In this document: positions 26,353 through 30,901 of the stretch, piece after piece
Numbering within the stretch: the first letter of the stretch is position 1
Layout of the letters: each line of letters opens with the position of its first letter
Source of the DNA: a virus
Taxonomy: Duplodnaviria; Caudoviricetes
IMG/VR virus record: IMGVR_UViG_3300038679_000359
Coordinates: 1 to 30,901 of that record
Reading direction: 5' to 3' (one strand)
DNA: 30,901 nt
Program-made: the position numbers and the translations under genes
The notes under the pieces: generated by a model
Told to the model about the DNA's origin: nothing
Database searches by the model: none
The model's input: only the letters and a program-made list of their open reading frames with translations

Positions 26353-28983
26353 ATGCCAGACTTAACTTTCAGACTCATTCTTATCACTGATGATGCCAGT
26401 GTCAAGCTTGGCGAGGTCAAGCAGGAAGCGAACTCTGCCAAAGAGCAGATAGAAAAGCCTGCTGCAGTCAAGATCTCGGCAGAACAGGCATTAGCCACTA
26501 TTCGTGATGTGAAGATTGCTTTCGATGGAGTTATGCAGGTGGTTGGTTCAGTGGTTAATACCATGAATGGCTACCTCAATGCTTCTCTGGATGCCCGGCA
26601 GTCAGCGATTCTGGCTAAGGTGGCTTTTGGTGAGTACGCTGGTGCTATGAGTGAGTTTGCTCAGAAGATGCAGGGACTGACCAACTTTGAAGGTGATCAG
26701 CTTCTGGCTCTGATGGCAAAAATGGCTCAGACCTACAAGCTGAACAGAGGTGAGATAGAGCAGTTGACCCCTGTGATGCTGGACTTTGCCGAAGCCAATA
26801 AGAGTACCGGTATGACCATCGACTCTGCCTTTGATCTGATGGGTCGTGCCTTGAATGGGCATACAGAGATGCTAGGTCGCTATGGTATTGAACTGGATGC
26901 GACTCGTCTTAAGACTGAAGGTGTATCCTATCTGGTGGAGAAGCTGACCACCGACTACGGTGGGACTGCTATTGCCTTAGCTGATCTGCGCTTGCAGAAT
27001 GCCAATGCCTGGCAGGATATCCAGGAGTCCATTGGCGACATGCTGGGAGTGATTATTCATCCGGTGCTGGCAGGTCTGAAGAACCTCTACGAGTGGTACA
27101 ATAACCTCAATCCCCTTATGAAAGGCTTTGTTACAGGTCTGGCTATCGCTATTCCGGTTGTCATCGCAGTTGCTTCAGCTATTACAACTCTGACTGTCGC
27201 TTTCAATGCTCTCAAAATAGCCATTAACCCGGTGGCAGGGATTATCTCCATTGCTGTGGGTGCCTTGGCAATGTTAGGCTTTGCCTATGCTTCCACCAAG
27301 GTGGCTAATGATGCTGCGATGTCTTCTCAATCAGAGTATAAGGATACAGTCGACTCTACTACTGAATCAGTTACTTCCTTAGTTGCCAAACATAGGGAAA
27401 TAGCATCATCTATTGATTATGAAGAAGCCAAGCGTAGATTGAAGGAACTTAAATCTGAGATAGACAGCTACAACGATACCTTGGCAATCCTGAACTCGGG
27501 TGGCTCTGTCATGACAAGTCCGGATTACTTTGATAAGCAGAAGGACAGGCTGGCAGAGCAACAGGCTCTCAAAGAGAAGGTCTATGCCGAGGACATCAAA
27601 GCGCAGACTGAGTTCAACAAGGAAAAGACCCGTCTGGATAAGGAAGCTTCTCTATCCGGTATGGCTCTCCTGGAGTATAGGTTATCTGAGGAACGGAAAC
27701 ACTATAAGGAACTGGGTCAGGTAACTGCTGCCAATGCTGATGAGCAGACCTCATCACTTAGTAAGATACGCAGTCTGGAACAGCAGATAGACCAAGCCAA
27801 AGAGCGGGATTTGGAAAGTCTGTCCTCTCTGGAACAGAAGTATAACCTGAACAGCATCTCTGACCTGACCCAGCGCAAGCAACGTGAACTGGAAATCCAG
27901 CGGGATGCAGAACTTGCCAAAGCAACTGCGCTGGGAGCATCAGAGGCTTTGCTGGCTTCCATCACTTCTTATTATGCCGGAGAGATGACCAGAGTGGAGT
28001 TGGAAGCTGCCAATCAGAGGATTAAGCAGACAGGGACTGAAATGCGGGAAAAGCAGAGACTGATCGATGAAGAGAACCGCAATCTGCAAGAGACAGCAGA
28101 TGCCAGCTTTGAGTTCAGTCAGACCCAGTTGGATTTGGATAACAATCAATACCAGGCACAACTCAATGCCATAGACAACTACTATGCCAATAAGAAGGCT
28201 AAGCTCATTCAAGCCGGCATGACTGAAGAACAGATCACCAAACAGATAGAGCAATCCAAAGCCAGAGTCCGGGATCAGTTCGACCAGAAGCATATAGAAG
28301 GCATCAGTCAGACCTTGGGTAATCTTGCCAAGACCTCGGAAGCTTTCGGCAAGAAAGGCTTTGCCCTCTGGAAGACACTGGCAGTGGCTCAGGCGATGGT
28401 CGATACCTATGCAGCCGCCACTGGAGCTTACAAAGCAATGGTGGGCATTCCCATCGTCGGACCCGGACTGGCAATCGCTGCTGCAGCCGCAGCCGTGGGA
28501 GCAGGTCTGGCTAATGTCGCTGCTATCTCCAAGACAGAACCGCCCAAAGCTGCCAAGGGTGGCATGCTGGTTGGTAACTCGCATAGTAGTGGAGGTATCC
28601 TGATTGAAGCCGAAGGTGACGAGTATATAACCGCTAAAGACAGAGTAAAAGCCTTGGGCAGAGGTCTGTTCGACTTCCTGAACTTCGCACCCATGAGCCA
28701 GGTAAGATTAGCCTTTGCCGGACTCCCGATTCCTGAAATCCCCATCCCCAGAAGCGCATCTTCAGTCTTCAGTTCTGGTGGAAGTATATCGAATAACTCT
28801 GGAGGTGGCTTATCCACCCTGATTGAGATTATGTCTGCTTTGAAAGAAGAGATTGTGGAGATGAAGCAAAACCTCAAAGACTCCCAACCCATCATCGATA
28901 TCCATGTCGATCCACTCTCCAATGACCCTGTCAAGATCAGCCGGATAGCAGATACCGGTAAACTGATTAGAAGTGAAGTATAA
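26353..28983 (+). CDS. Tail tape measure protein
   Basis: 876 aa, Ala/Leu/Glu/Lys-rich helical, central hydrophobic segments, typical C-terminal GIPIVGPGLAIAAAAA..AKGG. Confidence 0.88.
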   Translation: MPDLTFRLILITDDASVKLGEVKQEANSAKEQIEKPAAVKISAEQALATIRDVKIAFDGVMQVVGSVVNTMNGYLNASLDARQSAILAKVAFGEYAGAMSEFAQKMQGLTNFEGDQLLALMAKMAQTYKLNRGEIEQLTPVMLDFAEANKSTGMTIDSAFDLMGRALNGHTEMLGRYGIELDATRLKTEGVSYLVEKLTTDYGGTAIALADLRLQNANAWQDIQESIGDMLGVIIHPVLAGLKNLYEWYNNLNPLMKGFVTGLAIAIPVVIAVASAITTLTVAFNALKIAINPVAGIISIAVGALAMLGFAYASTKVANDAAMSSQSEYKDTVDSTTESVTSLVAKHREIASSIDYEEAKRRLKELKSEIDSYNDTLAILNSGGSVMTSPDYFDKQKDRLAEQQALKEKVYAEDIKAQTEFNKEKTRLDKEASLSGMALLEYRLSEERKHYKELGQVTAANADEQTSSLSKIRSLEQQIDQAKERDLESLSSLEQKYNLNSISDLTQRKQRELEIQRDAELAKATALGASEALLASITSYYAGEMTRVELEAANQRIKQTGTEMREKQRLIDEENRNLQETADASFEFSQTQLDLDNNQYQAQLNAIDNYYANKKAKLIQAGMTEEQITKQIEQSKARVRDQFDQKHIEGISQTLGNLAKTSEAFGKKGFALWKTLAVAQAMVDTYAAATGAYKAMVGIPIVGPGLAIAAAAAAVGAGLANVAAISKTEPPKAAKGGMLVGNSHSSGGILIEAEGDEYITAKDRVKALGRGLFDFLNFAPMSQVRLAFAGLPIPEIPIPRSASSVFSSGGSISNNSGGGLSTLIEIMSALKEEIVEMKQNLKDSQPIIDIHVDPLSNDPVKISRIADTGKLIRSEV

Positions 28984-30458
28984 TGATGAATCTCTTTAGA
29001 ATAGACTTTATCAATGGCAAGACTGATGATCCTGATTACAATCAGATTAAGCATAGCCTGATAGATACAGCAGATGATAGACAAGTTCTCTCGCTGAGTG
29101 TATCTTCCGATAAGCTGGCATCGGTCTCCAACTACAGCAGAGAACCCAAGCGACTCTTGTTCGAGTGTTTCCCCACTACTTGGATCAATACCTATATCCT
29201 CGCAGGTAATAACGAGCATGAACGCTATATCAGTAAGTATGAAGTGAAGATATACAGGGATACAGTTCTCTTCTTCTCCGGCATCATTGATACATCTCAA
29301 CTAAGCTTTGATGTCGCTTCCGGTATCCTGAAACTGACCTGTTATGACAAGATCAAACTGCTGTCAGTTTACAGTGATATTGAGCATTATTACGGAGCGA
29401 CAGGTGGTTATCTGCCTTACTATATACTCGGTTATTTCCTGCAGGATATCGAAGCCAAAATCCCCATTGACGTTCCCTATTCCAATCAGTGCAACCTGCC
29501 CAATGTGCATGTGGAGAATATTCCTCTGAATACTGCTGAATATCAGGATATGCAGGTCTTGCTTCCCAATGGAGGAGGCTGGGTTTATGTCTTCCATGCC
29601 AACTCATGGTCAGCACCCAAGTGGGGATACAAGGTAGATAACATCTCCAATACCGTAACCTTCATCTTTGCCTATAAGAAGATTATTCAAGCAACTCATA
29701 CCAGTCCGACCAGCATCCAGTACCAAGGTAAATACAGGGGCAGGATATACCGCTACTATAATAACATCTGCCCTGTCATCCATGAATATGATAAGCGCAC
29801 TGACTGGAAGCTTGCCCTCACTGTTCTGGATACTGAGTATGCTGACTTCATAGCTTTCTTAAATGAATATGGCATCTTAGAGACTGACCTGAACACTCTG
29901 ACAACGACTGCCATTCAAGACGGCAATAGCTATGGGAGCAGCCAAACAGTGAATGTCGAAGTAGCATCCTACTTTCATGGCAATGTCTTTCCCGCTCACT
30001 TGCATCCCGGTAAAGCCTATACTGAGTACTCAGATGAGAAGACCCCTAATCTGAAAACCCTGCAGATGATGCTCCTGCTCTATAATGCCACCATCTATAC
30101 CGATCCCAGTGGCATCATCATCTTCCGTAATAAGGACAGCTACAACTCTACTATTATAGATATAGCAGATACCGATGTTATCTCCTTAACCACCAAGCGT
30201 GGCAATCAGGAGAGAGCAGATGCTTCAGTCCTGGAAATCCTGACCGGAGATACTAAACAACTGCAGTCGTTCGTTACTCAATACCTGTTTGACTTCTATG
30301 ATGCCAAGTGGGAGATAGACACAACCATAGACAGCCTAACAACCTATAATCTGAACCTCTATAATAAAATCAGGATCAGGAACATCATCTATGCCATTAC
30401 TGAAGTGGAACGTGACTATATCAATGACGAATACAAGATTAAGGCATGGCTGATATGA
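28983..30458 (+). CDS. Putative tail/baseplate protein
   Basis: TAATG-coupled to tape measure gene; LFFSGIID..LTCYD hub-like motif. Confidence 0.55.
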   Translation: MMNLFRIDFINGKTDDPDYNQIKHSLIDTADDRQVLSLSVSSDKLASVSNYSREPKRLLFECFPTTWINTYILAGNNEHERYISKYEVKIYRDTVLFFSGIIDTSQLSFDVASGILKLTCYDKIKLLSVYSDIEHYYGATGGYLPYYILGYFLQDIEAKIPIDVPYSNQCNLPNVHVENIPLNTAEYQDMQVLLPNGGGWVYVFHANSWSAPKWGYKVDNISNTVTFIFAYKKIIQATHTSPTSIQYQGKYRGRIYRYYNNICPVIHEYDKRTDWKLALTVLDTEYADFIAFLNEYGILETDLNTLTTTAIQDGNSYGSSQTVNVEVASYFHGNVFPAHLHPGKAYTEYSDEKTPNLKTLQMMLLLYNATIYTDPSGIIIFRNKDSYNSTIIDIADTDVISLTTKRGNQERADASVLEILTGDTKQLQSFVTQYLFDFYDAKWEIDTTIDSLTTYNLNLYNKIRIRNIIYAITEVERDYINDEYKIKAWLI

Positions 30459-30901
30459 TAATCGGATTTAGAATGATCAGGAGAGACGACAGCGGGATTA
30501 GTATCATCACTTGTGAAACTGGTGAGGTCGATTACGAACCCAAGCAGAAGTACCGCATCGAAAAGAAGAATGCCTTTGACCCTTCTCTCATCAAAAGAAG
30601 AGACTTATATAGAGAGGATAGCTTCAGCATCGAAGCCTATCTCCTGCCTGCTGAATACAATGCCATGCTGTACTTCCTGACTCAGGAAGGAGAGTTCTTT
30701 CTGGAATACGAACAGGAAGGACACAGCCATCAGATGCAATTCCCTGTAACTATCGAATCCCTCCCCAAATGCACTGATGACCTGCATTCTGAGCCCGATA
30801 AAATCAAGTTCACAGCCATCAGCAGATATACCGGCACTCTGCCTTTTATCGACTTCAACTCGTGGGTAGAGATAACGGAAGAGACCCTCAGTCTCACTTA
30901 A
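30446..30901 (+). CDS. Putative distal tail protein
   Basis: Overlaps upstream gene; position and size; stop codon at window end. Confidence 0.5.
   Translation: MADMIIGFRMIRRDDSGISIITCETGEVDYEPKQKYRIEKKNAFDPSLIKRRDLYREDSFSIEAYLLPAEYNAMLYFLTQEGEFFLEYEQEGHSHQMQFPVTIESLPKCTDDLHSEPDKIKFTAISRYTGTLPFIDFNSWVEITEETLSLT

Larger units (their letters stand above)
1..30901 (+). mobile_element. Mu-like transposable prophage (internal portion; ends and repressor not in window)
   Basis: Co-oriented DDE transposase + AAA ATPase + GemA-like + DUF3164 early block followed by terminase, portal, capsid, lysin and tail genes. Confidence 0.95.

Noticed and set aside
25577-26365. Plus-strand ORFs across moron 3 as another bridge ORF
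   Set aside because: Frame has stops at 25940 and 25955 and is the antisense frame that is commonly open by chance
27940-29300. Long minus-strand ORFs (214 and 290 aa)
   Set aside because: Antisense shadows of the tape measure and tail genes; no SD or motifs

Overview
The whole window is the internal part of a Mu-like (transposable) prophage with a probably non-contractile tail. In order it holds an operator/enhancer-like repeat array, a MuA-like DDE transposase, a MuB-like AAA ATPase, semi-essential and regulatory genes, small and large terminase, a disrupted MuF-like gene, endolysin, neck genes, portal, an XkdF-type protease-capsid fusion, tail tube, a -1 frameshifted tail chaperone, two tandem Dam-family methylases, tape measure and tail genes. 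Neither phage end nor the repressor is in the window. The standout feature is an ~8 kb AT-rich cargo (about 8.3-16.3 kb) between MuF and the endolysin. It consists of two divergent, paralogous four-gene operons. Each encodes a ~165-aa beta-repeat protein (the two are clear paralogs), an RRE-bearing radical SAM/SPASM maturase, a ~130-aa Cys/Trp/His-containing candidate substrate and an exported beta-propeller-like protein. I do not recognise this as a described system. Three further antisense single-gene morons (HxH protein, PD-(D/E)xK-like nuclease, class III cyclase-like protein) sit in the late region. All five accessory units share a TTGACA-N20-22-TGTA upstream motif. The two late-operon starts share a CAAGCYGATTTG-N5-ATCAC motif followed by an RBS-sequestering hairpin. 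All family assignments come from motif recognition by eye, not database searches.
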